From: a virus
Lineage: Duplodnaviria; Caudoviricetes
Strand: one strand, 5' to 3'
IMG/VR virus record: IMGVR_UViG_3300043015_002761
Coordinates: 1 to 54,876 of that record
Length of the DNA: 54,876 bases
A program made the translations under genes and the position numbers. Of this stretch, positions 18,714 to 28,961 are shown in pieces; position 1 is the first letter of the stretch; each line of letters starts with the position of its first letter. Under the pieces are notes generated by a model. The model did no database searches. It saw only the letters and a list, made by a program, of their open reading frames with translations, and had not been told where the DNA came from.

Positions 18714-21551
18714 TTAAATATCATCGAAACTTGCACCAGTGTTCATAATGTTGAACTCAACACAAATGAATTCTAATGCTCTCGTTGGTTTTAAGAATAT
18801 TCTACCACAAAGAGTGTTTTGGTCGATTAATTCTGGTGAATCATCTAATACCACTCTAAAGTCTGTAAGACCTCTCTCAGCTCTAATATTGTCTAAGATT
18901 GGGTTTACAAGTGATAAGAATTGGTTTCTTACGATATCATCATTTTGTTCGAATAAAAGTCTGATAGAAACCGCAGAGATAAGTTTTCTAGCTTGTAAAA
19001 GAAGTCTTCTTACGTTAATTCTATTAAGGGCTGTATCTTTAACTTGAAGCGTCTTGTTACCCCAGATTTTGATACCTTCTGAAGCGAAAGTAGCGATTGG
19101 GTTGATTCTTCCATCATAAAGAGTATCTCTTTCAGTAAGAGTAAGTTTCTTTCTTGCTTTGATAGCGTTAACATCACCTCTTTGTACACCCGCAACTGCG
19201 AACCATGGGAATGAAATATTATCTGTAAGTGCAATGTTTCTTACTACGTCTCTTGTAGGTGGTACGTAAATATAAACATTATTTTCAGCATCATTAATTT
19301 GAATCCATGGCCAGTATGTAGCTGTGTAGTTAGAGTCGAATTGTCCGTCAAGTGAGTCAACAACATCTTCTGGTAATAATACATCTCCAGCAGCATCAGT
19401 ATCTGGTGTAGTTACAATATAAAGTGAATCTGCTCTATCTTGTTCTATCATTTCGATAGCTTCTTCTACTAAGTTAGTATTATCAAACGTGTCAATACCT
19501 GGAGTCGCAAATACGTTAATATTAACAGCTTCTGGGTTTTTGAATGACCAAATACCTTCTAAGTAAGCATAGTAATCTGAATTAATACCAGTATCACCAT
19601 TTGAAAGTGCTCTGTTTGAGAATACACCACTTAAAAGACCATCAGCACCTCTAGTACCGTTAATTGTGTATCTATCAGTGTTAGTTCTTCTAGTTCTGTA
19701 AATATCCCATCCATCAAAACCACCATATGGTGCAAATGTGAATTTTCTAGCGTAAACTTTTTCATAGTCAGTTCCAACTACACCAGCTTCAGTTCTAAAT
19801 TCAGCGTTACCTGTAGCAAACTCAAATACTGGACTATAAGTACCACCTGTAGCATTAATTACAATTTCTACATTATCAATAGTAGCACCAGTAGCTTCGA
19901 TATCCATATGGAAACCTTTAGTCATACCAGTCCACATTGATAAACTACCTTCTGGAACCCCTTTATAATCAAAGAAGTCTTGGTCAATACCAACAGTTTC
20001 AGAAAGTCCTAAATAGAATTTTCTCTTATTTTCAAATGTACCATAAGTTTGCTTATAGTCAATTGTTGGTGATTGTACTGAAGTATTAAAATTAGTTTGG
20101 TAATCTCTAATAGGGAACCCTACGAAACCAGCTGGGAAAGCATCACTTGTATCTGATTCTTCTTCCAACTCAACTAATACGTAGTTAGACCTAGACGCAA
20201 AATCACCATCAAGTGTACCTATTTTTTTAGCGATGTAATTGTTAGATGTTGGGTCCATTGTACATCTTGTAAATCTTTCAAGTACAACAGGCTTCGCATC
20301 TGTATCATCATATGCTCTAATTTCTACATCAAATTCTTTATCATCTAATTTAACGTTCTTAATAGAGATTTTAAATTGTCTGTTAGCTGCGTTACCATCA
20401 GAAATAGTCCAAAGTCTGAAAAGTCTAAGGATATTAGAACCTCTTAATTCAGAAACAACCCATGGAGTAACCGCTGGTTGATATTCAGTTAAGTAATCAT
20501 CAAAATCATTACTATAGTTGATTAAATTATCGATATTAATACCTCTAATTTTTTCAGCATCGTAGTAACTTTCAAACATACCATCAAATAATTCTTCAAC
20601 GAATAATGCTGTTTTACTATCTTGAGCACCTCTACCAAGTACTCTAGAAATATAATTTTTCTTAGTTTTATCAAATGAAAGTGAATATGAGAATACACCT
20701 TGAGTTGTAGAAACACCAGTTAAACCGAAATTACCCTTACCATCAGTTTCAGCAGCAGTAACACTTGGGTTAAACACTACATCTGTGAAACCAGTAAGTT
20801 GGAATCTCATTATTTCGTCAGCATCTACTGAACCTCTACTTCTAAGTAATGCTACAATCTTATCCTCAACATCTGAATAACCACTTGCAGAATAGTGAAC
20901 CGTAACACCAGAAGTAATACCAGTTTGTGAAGCTCCGAAAGTTCCAGCAGAAACTACCTTATGATTAATACTAGCACCACTAAATGTGTTACCGAATTTA
21001 TCAAATACAGGCCCAAGAAGTGTAGGTGTAGCAGCTGTTGCAGCTGTAGCTAAATATGTTAATTGGTTAGTTAATAAACCATTATCCCATAATGTTTGTA
21101 CAAATGGGTCAGAAGCAACGACTGTAGTAAGAACTCCACTATCAGCGGTGTATGAAATTAAACTAGCAGATGTAACACCACCAGCACTAGTTCCAGAAGT
21201 AGAACCATCTAATGCAGCATCAAGCGTGATACCCCAAGCCAAACCAGCATCGTAACCAGAAAAACCAAGAATCCTAGATACGAATAATTGATTTGACTGA
21301 GAAAGATAAGATTTAGCAATGTAAGGTAACTCATACTTTGGTGCACCATTGTCTTTTATTTTTGTTGCGTTAAGTCCACCAAAAAATGATGTGAACTCAT
21401 CATAGTTAGACACGAAGATTGGTTGGAACGCTGGACCTATCGTAGTCTCACCTACTAGACCAAGAGTTGTTACACCAACTTGACGTGTTACGAAAGTTAA
21501 GTCTTTTTCTGAAGTATAAACACCAGGACTTACAAATACCTTATCAGCCAT
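18714..21551 (-). CDS. Tail sheath protein (T4 gp18-like)
   Basis: 945 aa; FVSPGVYTSEKDL, F..FFGG, YTATYWPWI, PWFAVAGVQRG, LYDGRINPI, IWGNKTLQ...LNRINVRRLL, LFEQND, IFLKPTRALEFI. Confidence 0.95.
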   Translation of the reverse strand: MADKVFVSPGVYTSEKDLTFVTRQVGVTTLGLVGETTIGPAFQPIFVSNYDEFTSFFGGLNATKIKDNGAPKYELPYIAKSYLSQSNQLFVSRILGFSGYDAGLAWGITLDAALDGSTSGTSAGGVTSASLISYTADSGVLTTVVASDPFVQTLWDNGLLTNQLTYLATAATAATPTLLGPVFDKFGNTFSGASINHKVVSAGTFGASQTGITSGVTVHYSASGYSDVEDKIVALLRSRGSVDADEIMRFQLTGFTDVVFNPSVTAAETDGKGNFGLTGVSTTQGVFSYSLSFDKTKKNYISRVLGRGAQDSKTALFVEELFDGMFESYYDAEKIRGINIDNLINYSNDFDDYLTEYQPAVTPWVVSELRGSNILRLFRLWTISDGNAANRQFKISIKNVKLDDKEFDVEIRAYDDTDAKPVVLERFTRCTMDPTSNNYIAKKIGTLDGDFASRSNYVLVELEEESDTSDAFPAGFVGFPIRDYQTNFNTSVQSPTIDYKQTYGTFENKRKFYLGLSETVGIDQDFFDYKGVPEGSLSMWTGMTKGFHMDIEATGATIDNVEIVINATGGTYSPVFEFATGNAEFRTEAGVVGTDYEKVYARKFTFAPYGGFDGWDIYRTRRTNTDRYTINGTRGADGLLSGVFSNRALSNGDTGINSDYYAYLEGIWSFKNPEAVNINVFATPGIDTFDNTNLVEEAIEMIEQDRADSLYIVTTPDTDAAGDVLLPEDVVDSLDGQFDSNYTATYWPWIQINDAENNVYIYVPPTRDVVRNIALTDNISFPWFAVAGVQRGDVNAIKARKKLTLTERDTLYDGRINPIATFASEGIKIWGNKTLQVKDTALNRINVRRLLLQARKLISAVSIRLLFEQNDDIVRNQFLSLVNPILDNIRAERGLTDFRVVLDDSPELIDQNTLCGRIFLKPTRALEFICVEFNIMNTGASFDDI

Positions 21552-21594
21552 TCTTTACTTATTTTTAAAATTTATTATTTTCAGTTATTTAATA

Positions 21595-21601
21595 ATAAAT
21601 A
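21595..21601 (-). promoter_or_regulatory. Putative late promoter TATTTAT for sheath
   Basis: Minus strand CATATTTATTATTAAA about 45 nt upstream of the ATG. Confidence 0.6.
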
Positions 21602-21626
21602 TGTTCAGAAAAAGCAAAAGAATTTT

Positions 21627-21681
21627 TATGGAGTATTCTACTCCATATTTAGTATGATTTTTTTCTTACTTTCATCATACT
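21627..21681. promoter_or_regulatory. Two inverted repeats (candidate operators) between the divergent sheath and small regulator genes
   Basis: TATGGAGTA-ttc-TACTCCATA (21627-21647) and AGTATGAT-N15-ATCATACT (21651-21681). Confidence 0.55.
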
Positions 21682-21702
21682 TATATAAAAAAGAGTTTAA
21701 TT

Positions 21703-21858
21703 ATGGCTATAAATAGAAGTAAAAACCTTAAGATTACCCCTGGTACGCATAAAATATTAAAAAAATATTGCCAGGAAAATGGTCTAAAGATGTTCGCCTT
21801 TGTTGAAAAATTAATCAAAGAGGCTTGTAAAAAACCTACAGACTTATATGGTGAATAA
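21703..21858 (+). CDS. Small ribbon-helix-helix-like DNA-binding protein (51 aa)
   Basis: Below the ORF-track cutoff: MAINRSKNLKITPGTHKILKKYCQENGLKMFAFVEKLIKEACKKPTDLYGE. Strand-helix-G-helix pattern; fills the gap exactly up to the convergent patatin stop; promoter variant TACTTAT at 21678-21684. Confidence 0.7.
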   Translation: MAINRSKNLKITPGTHKILKKYCQENGLKMFAFVEKLIKEACKKPTDLYGE

Positions 21859-22851
21859 CTATTTTTTAATAAATTTAGCTTTACCACCCTTAACCATCTT
21901 ATAAGTTTTATGAGATTTTTCTTTAGCATATTCATAACCTTCTAACCACCACTTAGTCATTATATCTTTATCAAAAACAAGACTATTATTGGTTAGTCTT
22001 CTTGGTGTATGATAAATGTTAAGATGTACATCATTAATCTCAGCCTTCAATTTACCAATGAGTACATCATCCTTAGATAATTCAGTATGCATCATATCTA
22101 TTTCAGTGATTAAACCATGTACAAGATTTCTCATATATTCTATTTCACCCTTTGGAACTTCTTCTCTAAGGATTATAACATCTATTTCAGTCGCACCTCT
22201 TTTAATCGCCTCTTGTATTGGAGTTGTTTCTAAAATACCACCATCAATATATTGGTATTCGTTTTTGAATATAGGTGTCATAAATGGATAAGCACTACAA
22301 GATGCGTGTGTCCAATCACAAAAATCATTATAACCCCAGTCATTAGAAGATTTATATTCAACTTGTTTAAGTGTTGCATTAACAACGCATACAACCATCT
22401 CCTTATTAAGTTCTTCTTTTATTCTTAAATATTCCTTTTGAGATAAGAATTTTTTAATTAAGTTTAATAAGTTACTAGAATCACCAAAAGATATATTACC
22501 ACTAATTTTTTCTAATTTAAAAAATGGGAATTTATTTGTTTTGGTTAAAACAATTTTAGGTAATAAATTTCTAATCACATTAAACCAATTTAATTCTATC
22601 TTAATCTTACCATTATGATTTGTCTTAACTTTAAAAGGGTTTATCTTCCATATATCCTCATTCTTAACAGTTGTGTAACCCTCCTTTAATTTTTCTATAT
22701 TATAAGAAGCTACTAATAGTTGGACTAAAGTACCTGTTGATGACGCTACGTATAATTCGTAATCCCTACCTTCAACGGTAGTAAGGTAGTCTACAATACC
22801 ACCAGCAAAAGCCCCCTTACTACCACCTCCACTCACAACTAATGCTCTCAT
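21859..22851 (-). CDS. Patatin-like phospholipase
   Basis: LVVSGGGSKGAFAGG oxyanion loop, ASSTG nucleophile elbow (variant of GxSxG), ASCSAYPF, YIDGG catalytic Asp. Confidence 0.9.
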   Translation of the reverse strand: MRALVVSGGGSKGAFAGGIVDYLTTVEGRDYELYVASSTGTLVQLLVASYNIEKLKEGYTTVKNEDIWKINPFKVKTNHNGKIKIELNWFNVIRNLLPKIVLTKTNKFPFFKLEKISGNISFGDSSNLLNLIKKFLSQKEYLRIKEELNKEMVVCVVNATLKQVEYKSSNDWGYNDFCDWTHASCSAYPFMTPIFKNEYQYIDGGILETTPIQEAIKRGATEIDVIILREEVPKGEIEYMRNLVHGLITEIDMMHTELSKDDVLIGKLKAEINDVHLNIYHTPRRLTNNSLVFDKDIMTKWWLEGYEYAKEKSHKTYKMVKGGKAKFIKK

Positions 22852-22852
22852 A

Positions 22853-23182
22853 TTATCCTTCTGAATTAGTTATTTCCATATATGATAATGATAAATCAAT
22901 AGCTGTACCATTACCACACTTAGCTTGTAAGTAGTCATTATTATCTAACACAAATGTACCATCAAGGGCTTGAAATGAAGAAGCCTGTGGTATCGTAATA
23001 TTGTGTGAAATAGTGTAAGTAGCAGCTGCACTACTATCATACCATTGTAAGTAAAATGAAGTATCAGCGCTAAATGTATTACACGCATGTGCAGTCTTAA
23101 CTAATAATTTAGTAGTTGATGTAGCACTAAGCGTTGTTGTGTATCCTGTACCTAAATTTGAACCTGTGTTTAAATATTCCAT
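22853..23182 (-). CDS. Small beta-rich virion / fibre-associated protein
   Basis: 109 aa, ...ITIPQASSFQALDGTFVLDNNDYLQA...SLSYMEIT; TATTTAT at 23195-23201. Confidence 0.5.
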   Translation of the reverse strand: MEYLNTGSNLGTGYTTTLSATSTTKLLVKTAHACNTFSADTSFYLQWYDSSAAATYTISHNITIPQASSFQALDGTFVLDNNDYLQAKCGNGTAIDLSLSYMEITNSEG

Positions 23183-23211
23183 ATCTTTTTATTTATAAAT
23201 ATAAAAAATTA

Positions 23212-23808
23212 TTATAAATCATTCAGTTTGTTTAATATTCCATTTTTTAATTCTTCAGTATAATAAACTTTTTGAGAAAATCCATTATTAATAAAGTTAC
23301 CTTCATTTTTTAACCAATCAAATAAACCATCTTGACCATCTTCACTTAAAGATTTAATACCAAACTCAATGTATTTTTGATTTAGTAATAGTGTATCAAC
23401 AGCTAAATCACTAGAATCTGTAGGTGATAATCTATAAGAAATAAAAGCTTTAGCGTTTTCCCATCTTAAACTTCTAGTTTCTTTTGATTTTTTAACGAAT
23501 ATATCCCAAAACCCTTCTTGTTCACTATCCGTATAAACCGTATCTCTATCTGATTTTGATACACAAAAGTTTTGTGTAGCATATTCTTTATCTGATTGTG
23601 TTAAACCACTAAACCCTGTTGTACCATTTATGAAACCAATAGCACCGTCTCTACAAAATAAATAATCCTTACCTATTTCATCTTGTAACGTAAACCAATG
23701 TGTAACATTAGTAATATCTAAGTAATTAGTGTCTAAAACTTCTTTTATCTGATACGTTGGTAAATTAGGGTTATCCCCATAATATTTTCCTATTTTTAAA
23801 TAACTCAT
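23212..23808 (-). CDS. Hypothetical protein
   Basis: 198-aa ORF in the fibre operon; no recognisable motif. Confidence 0.55.
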   Translation of the reverse strand: MSYLKIGKYYGDNPNLPTYQIKEVLDTNYLDITNVTHWFTLQDEIGKDYLFCRDGAIGFINGTTGFSGLTQSDKEYATQNFCVSKSDRDTVYTDSEQEGFWDIFVKKSKETRSLRWENAKAFISYRLSPTDSSDLAVDTLLLNQKYIEFGIKSLSEDGQDGLFDWLKNEGNFINNGFSQKVYYTEELKNGILNKLNDL

Positions 23809-23819
23809 AATTTTTTATT

Positions 23820-24662
23820 TTAACTTATACTAAATTTATCTTTTAAATATGCTTCTGCTTGTAATTGTTCATCATCAGTAAGTGGTGAATTATAAAAAAG
23901 TATTTCAGCCATTTTAGCTCTTATCTGATATGTACTACTATTACCATCACCTAATCTTATACCTTCACTATTTGGGTTAGAAACCGCTACTGAATATGCT
24001 GTAGTTGTTTCGGCTACTGCTGATGGACCAAATATTTCACCTTTTATATTTGTCCTATCATAATGTAACTTAAATATATGTGGGTTTGTAAAATCACTCC
24101 AACTACCCATATCTACTCTAGTTGATGAACTATTCCAGTTGTTAACAAACCATCTCCAGTTACCACTATAATAATACAACCCCCACCCTTGTGTCCACGA
24201 TGTACTATTTATAAATCCAGCTAAAAAACTAAATGTACTAGTAAAAGATATAATAGATGTTACAAAATAAACAGTAAATCCATTAGTAGAATCTAATAAA
24301 GCATCATCTAAACTTTCTAAGAAATCCGTATTATCAAATTGTAACGAAGGATAACCACCAAATGTTGCGTCTGTAGCATTATATAATGGTGTGTTAAGTG
24401 AACCATTACCACTTGCAGTAATCCCATTACCACTTTGGTCAAACCATGTTAAAATATTTGAAGTAGATGGCCTTAATTCAACATCAGCTGCATCATACCA
24501 TACAGTTGGGTCTGGTGGTGATAAAGGACCACCAGGTGCAAATCTCCCTTGTGTTCTTTCTAAATAATGTTGTTCTCTAGCTACAATACCTTTAGTATCA
24601 CCACTAGTTGTACCAAATCTTTTATCAGTATCTATAAATCCACTATTCCCTCTAATACTCAT
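23820..24662 (-). CDS. LamG / concanavalin A-like domain virion protein
   Basis: VWYDAAD...TWFDQSGNG...MAEILFYNSPLTDDEQLQAEAYLKDKF; N-terminal GNSGFIDTDKR...HYLER motif shared with the adjacent gene. Confidence 0.75.
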   Translation of the reverse strand: MSIRGNSGFIDTDKRFGTTSGDTKGIVAREQHYLERTQGRFAPGGPLSPPDPTVWYDAADVELRPSTSNILTWFDQSGNGITASGNGSLNTPLYNATDATFGGYPSLQFDNTDFLESLDDALLDSTNGFTVYFVTSIISFTSTFSFLAGFINSTSWTQGWGLYYYSGNWRWFVNNWNSSSTRVDMGSWSDFTNPHIFKLHYDRTNIKGEIFGPSAVAETTTAYSVAVSNPNSEGIRLGDGNSSTYQIRAKMAEILFYNSPLTDDEQLQAEAYLKDKFSIS

Positions 24663-25477
24663 TATAAATTATATGTTAATTTTACGTTTGCTATTGTCCA
24701 ACCTGGATTATCTATAACACTACTATCGGATGCCCAACTAAACATTATTTGTCTTGTACAATTATTATTACACCATAAACCACTTTGTGTTATTTCTGTA
24801 CCATCGATAGTGATATTTTCATAAACAAATCCACCACTAGCACTATTATTCCTACTAGAAGTACCATCACCAGTAAATTTACCACTATCAGTATTTGGTG
24901 ATGTATTTGAACTGATTAATCTTTCTCTACTTGTTGTGTCTGTTGTATATTCTACACCCGCTGAAGGTGTAAAACCATTCATATAATTAACATAACCATA
25001 ATCATAACTACCAGTACCAGTACTTCTTTCGCCAAAACACATCCAATCAAATTCAAGTGTTAAACTAGACACAGTTATATCTGATGGTATCGTAAATTCA
25101 AATACCATATGTACATCAGTATTATTAGAATAATCATTAGACACACCACCATCATTAGAAATGAAGGCTGCGTAGGTACTTCCAGAAGGAATTGTTTGTG
25201 GTGTACCAGCACTATTTAAACAAGCTGATGATGTATTAACTTCCCATTGACTAGGTTCACTACCATTATATACTGTCCATTTAGATAAATCACCCGTGGC
25301 GAAATCATCTTCAAATAAAATATTAGTAATTGGGTTGGGTGGTGCAAAATTACCTCGTCTTCTTTCAAGATAATGTTTTCGCACAGAAATACTACCTGTA
25401 GTTCCTGTACTAGCAACTTCACCACGTTTATCTATACCGATATAACCACTATTTCCTTTTATTAAACTTAATCCCAT
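24662..25477 (-). CDS. Virion protein with beta-sandwich (MAM / cleaved-adhesin-like) domain
   Basis: LFEDDF...WTVYNG...W...AAFISNDGG...LTLEFDW...FSWASDSS...PGWTIANVKLT; N-terminal GNSGYIGIDKR...HYLER. Confidence 0.55.
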   Translation of the reverse strand: MGLSLIKGNSGYIGIDKRGEVASTGTTGSISVRKHYLERRRGNFAPPNPITNILFEDDFATGDLSKWTVYNGSEPSQWEVNTSSACLNSAGTPQTIPSGSTYAAFISNDGGVSNDYSNNTDVHMVFEFTIPSDITVSSLTLEFDWMCFGERSTGTGSYDYGYVNYMNGFTPSAGVEYTTDTTSRERLISSNTSPNTDSGKFTGDGTSSRNNSASGGFVYENITIDGTEITQSGLWCNNNCTRQIMFSWASDSSVIDNPGWTIANVKLTYNL

Positions 25478-25478
25478 A

Positions 25479-28400
25479 TTACGTTACATTCATATACCAA
25501 CTAAATATCTTATTTGCATTATTAACTATATCTTTAACTTCAACATTAACAGTATTACTATCGCTAGTAATTGTTATAGTATTACCTGTAGATGTAAGTG
25601 ATTTAAATTGTAAATCTACACCACTTTTTTGTCCGAATAATCCTATACCACCACCTAAATTAGACGCTGTATTAGCTTCACCACCACCAGCACCACCAGT
25701 TGTACCAGTAACCACTTGACCATTTGAATCGAAACCTAAATTACCAACAGGTGTACCACCACCAATTGTACCGATATTAAGTGTACCACTAACATCCAAA
25801 TTACCATTTGGTAATTCTACATTTTGATTACCATCTATGTTTATAGCTGTTAAAGATGTTCCACCACTATTAGTAGTACTAATGATAATATCAGCATCAT
25901 GTTCTTCATTTCTAATAAATAAAGCGTCTATATTAGCTGTTGAAACATACCCTAAAAAACCTTTTCGTTCTGTAGGGTCCCAAAACTCAACATAGTTATT
26001 GTTTGTTGCTGATGTAGTCTCTAACCTAAGTATTGAACTGTTACCCTTTACATGTAATTCTACTTGTGGCGTTTCTGTACCAATACCAACATAACCTTTT
26101 GTACTTCCAGAACCTTGAATATGAATACTAGCGATTGAAGTAAATGGATTACCCCCAGCATATAACCTAATATAATCTTCAGTACCAGTACCAGGTGCAC
26201 TTATTATATTTACTCCATTAGCTGATGTATTAGAATAAATACTACTATCACCTGGGTTACCATATACAGTAGAGCCAGTCCAATCAAAACCTAGAGTACC
26301 CATGGTTAATATGTTGACTCCATCTGATACTAAAAATCTAGAATATTTATCAGTTTGTGGTGTAGAAAGTACAACTTCTGGTCCAAGTGTATCATCTAAA
26401 TCTAATTTAAAATTTTCTGTGTTTTGTACAACTTCAAGTATATTAGTAGGTGTTGTAGTACCAATACCCATATTACCTGTAGTGGTTAAACCACCGTTTA
26501 TTGTTTGGTCTGTACTAAAATTATTGTTAGTGTTTGTGTAAGCGTTATTATTTAATTGACTAGCTGTTAAATGGTAATATTCACCAGCAGTGCCACCTTG
26601 TAAACCTGTTAAATCATTATGGTCTTGAATATTTGTTGATTGGAATGTTGTAACAAAGGCACTTTGTGTATAACCTGTATTTTGACCAACACCAACAATA
26701 ATCCTACCTGTAAGGAAAGCGTGTGATGTGATTAGTTCTGGTAATGCTGGTTCTGTTGATAATTCAGCGTCAGCTACACTATCATATTGTGATGTACCAT
26801 AAACCTCATATAAATGGTCATTAACTTCTTGACCTCTAAAATACCAGTTCACTAAGTATTTACCACCTGTAGCGGTAACTAAATCGGTACCATCATCATA
26901 GAATGTATTGTTTATTGTATTACCAGTTGTTGTAGTGACCCAATTACCACCCACATGATAATTCTTAAAGAAGATATCATCTTGTGAATTAACAGCGGCT
27001 ATAGACTCTCTATTAGAAGCGTTCCACGCAACACCTTCAGTAAGTGTAACAATACCTGTAGACCCACTAAGACCTAATGAAAGACCACTTTCTCTTTTAA
27101 ATCTTTCGGTTAGTAAAATTCTATCATTTAATTTATTAGGTAAACCAGCTCCAAAATCACCAAAATCAAGTACGTGTATAAAGTTGTTTAACCTATAAAT
27201 CGTGTATGCTAATATGATACTACTATCATTTATGGTATCGTAATTTGTAAGTACATCCCATGTAGGTGAACCACCGTTATAATCGATAACAACATAGTTA
27301 GTATCTTCGTTAGTTAATGAAGGTATACCACTCACTCCAGTAGTTCCACTACTAACAGTATAAACTCTAAGAGGTTCTATGTTTCTTGAATTATCATATA
27401 AGGCCACCTTAACTTCTGGTAATTTTATCTGACCTGTACCTGTCGCTGTCCAACCACTAGAACCCTCAATAACACCAGCCGAATAATTTGAACCTCCTTG
27501 AACATTAAATGAATTGCCATCATTTCTATTAAATGTGTAAACACCATCTAAATAAGTTGCTCCTGTAACATAGTAATTAGGGTCAACAGGTAAATTATTA
27601 TATGTTGTTGCGTTTATTGTTCCAGCACTTATTGTACTAGCACTCAATGAACCACTTACAGTGTAATCACCAACTAAATCCTTAGTATAAGACCAATAAC
27701 CTTGTGAAGAATTATACGATATTAAATCACCTTCTGTTTCACCAGTTGTTTGAACATTATGTAAATCACTTAAATTTCTACTTAAATCTGGTCTAACAAA
27801 TAAAGAACCATTCGATGCGGCATTAATAACAATAGCCATTTGAATCTTTAAGTTAGGTTCAGTCGGTTCAACACTAGTTAAACCACCATGTATTGTTGGG
27901 TGAACGTAAAGAATTGTACCTCCAGACCATGTTTCACTATAATCAGACCCAGTTGTATCAACACCCTTAATTAAACCAAATTCATACACATAACCATCTT
28001 CACCATCAAGTATATCTTCACCAGCTATACCAAGTGTAAAATAAAATGGTATTGAACCGTCAGCTACCATATACTCACCTAATAATCTACCACTATTACC
28101 TAATGTACCAGCCGCTCTAACTACTTTACCTTTTTCAATCGTAGTACCACTTTGGTTTTTAATATAATAAAGGTTATCTAAACCAACCTTTAAGTGTGTT
28201 GTGTTACCTTCTAAATCAACGTCTAGTGTACCAAAATCAGAGTCCCAATGAAGTCTACCTTCTTGTTGTGTTGGTGTGTAAGTTGTGTTAAAATCTATAT
28301 AGTCTAATTGACTAATTGTTGATGCTGTAACAACATTTAAAATAGTGAATCTTTCACTAGTGAATGTATCAGTGATGGTAAGGTTTTCCATTGTGTCAGC

Positions 28401-28931
28401 TGTAACACTTAAATCACCTAATCCACCATTTCTTGAAAGTGTGAATACATTTGCATCGTTATATGTAAATCCAGTAACATAATAGTTTGTATTATCTATA
28501 AATTGTGATAAATCAACTGTAACATCACTTAACCCACCACTACGTGATAATTCTAAAATATTACCATTCATTGTGGCACCTGTAACAAATCTATCAGTAT
28601 TATCAAAATAAGATGAGGTGTCTATTGTTATGTCACTTAGACCACCATTACGGTATAAAATTAAATCAGTACCACTTACTGTACCACCTGTAACATAAAA
28701 ATTATCACCACCACCAGATGTAAAACCTGTAACGATAACACTATTACCATCATTTCTATCTAGTGTTAAAGAACCAGAACCATATGTTCCACCAGTCACA
28801 TAAAAGTTATCAGTTACTATACCAGTTAAATTAGAACCATCACCATAAAATGTAGTTGCTGTTAAACTTCCGTTTACTATAGAATTATCTTTAGAGATAA
28901 ATCCGTGTTTAATATTAAATTCATTACCCAT
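25479..28931 (-). CDS. Long modular tail fibre protein
   Basis: Start at ATG 28931 (MGNEFNIKHG); FYGDGSNLTG, several DxFYVTGGT...LxRNDG repeats, HNDLTGLQGG...YYHLT, two GIGTxTP fibre repeats, C-terminal GLFGQKSGVDLQFKSL module. Confidence 0.75.
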   Translation of the reverse strand: MGNEFNIKHGFISKDNSIVNGSLTATTFYGDGSNLTGIVTDNFYVTGGTYGSGSLTLDRNDGNSVIVTGFTSGGGDNFYVTGGTVSGTDLILYRNGGLSDITIDTSSYFDNTDRFVTGATMNGNILELSRSGGLSDVTVDLSQFIDNTNYYVTGFTYNDANVFTLSRNGGLGDLSVTADTMENLTITDTFTSERFTILNVVTASTISQLDYIDFNTTYTPTQQEGRLHWDSDFGTLDVDLEGNTTHLKVGLDNLYYIKNQSGTTIEKGKVVRAAGTLGNSGRLLGEYMVADGSIPFYFTLGIAGEDILDGEDGYVYEFGLIKGVDTTGSDYSETWSGGTILYVHPTIHGGLTSVEPTEPNLKIQMAIVINAASNGSLFVRPDLSRNLSDLHNVQTTGETEGDLISYNSSQGYWSYTKDLVGDYTVSGSLSASTISAGTINATTYNNLPVDPNYYVTGATYLDGVYTFNRNDGNSFNVQGGSNYSAGVIEGSSGWTATGTGQIKLPEVKVALYDNSRNIEPLRVYTVSSGTTGVSGIPSLTNEDTNYVVIDYNGGSPTWDVLTNYDTINDSSIILAYTIYRLNNFIHVLDFGDFGAGLPNKLNDRILLTERFKRESGLSLGLSGSTGIVTLTEGVAWNASNRESIAAVNSQDDIFFKNYHVGGNWVTTTTGNTINNTFYDDGTDLVTATGGKYLVNWYFRGQEVNDHLYEVYGTSQYDSVADAELSTEPALPELITSHAFLTGRIIVGVGQNTGYTQSAFVTTFQSTNIQDHNDLTGLQGGTAGEYYHLTASQLNNNAYTNTNNNFSTDQTINGGLTTTGNMGIGTTTPTNILEVVQNTENFKLDLDDTLGPEVVLSTPQTDKYSRFLVSDGVNILTMGTLGFDWTGSTVYGNPGDSSIYSNTSANGVNIISAPGTGTEDYIRLYAGGNPFTSIASIHIQGSGSTKGYVGIGTETPQVELHVKGNSSILRLETTSATNNNYVEFWDPTERKGFLGYVSTANIDALFIRNEEHDADIIISTTNSGGTSLTAINIDGNQNVELPNGNLDVSGTLNIGTIGGGTPVGNLGFDSNGQVVTGTTGGAGGGEANTASNLGGGIGLFGQKSGVDLQFKSLTSTGNTITITSDSNTVNVEVKDIVNNANKIFSWYMNVT

Positions 28932-28938
28932 ATACACT

Positions 28939-28961
28939 CTTCTTTTCCACTATCCAAGAAG
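28939..28961 (-). promoter_or_regulatory. Leader hairpin with purine-rich loop just upstream of the fibre start codon
   Basis: Minus strand CTTCTT GGATAGTGGAA AAGAAG, 7 nt before the ATG and downstream of TATTTAT at 28981-28987. Confidence 0.4.

Noticed and set aside
1-21551. Bacterial extracellular contractile injection system or tailocin
   Set aside because: Neck proteins, a family B polymerase and a SNF2 helicase are interleaved and no host housekeeping genes are present, indicating a phage genome.
21681-21935. 84-aa minus-strand ORF in the track
   Set aside because: It overlaps the patatin end and is antisense to the better supported 51-aa plus-strand ORF at 21703-21858.
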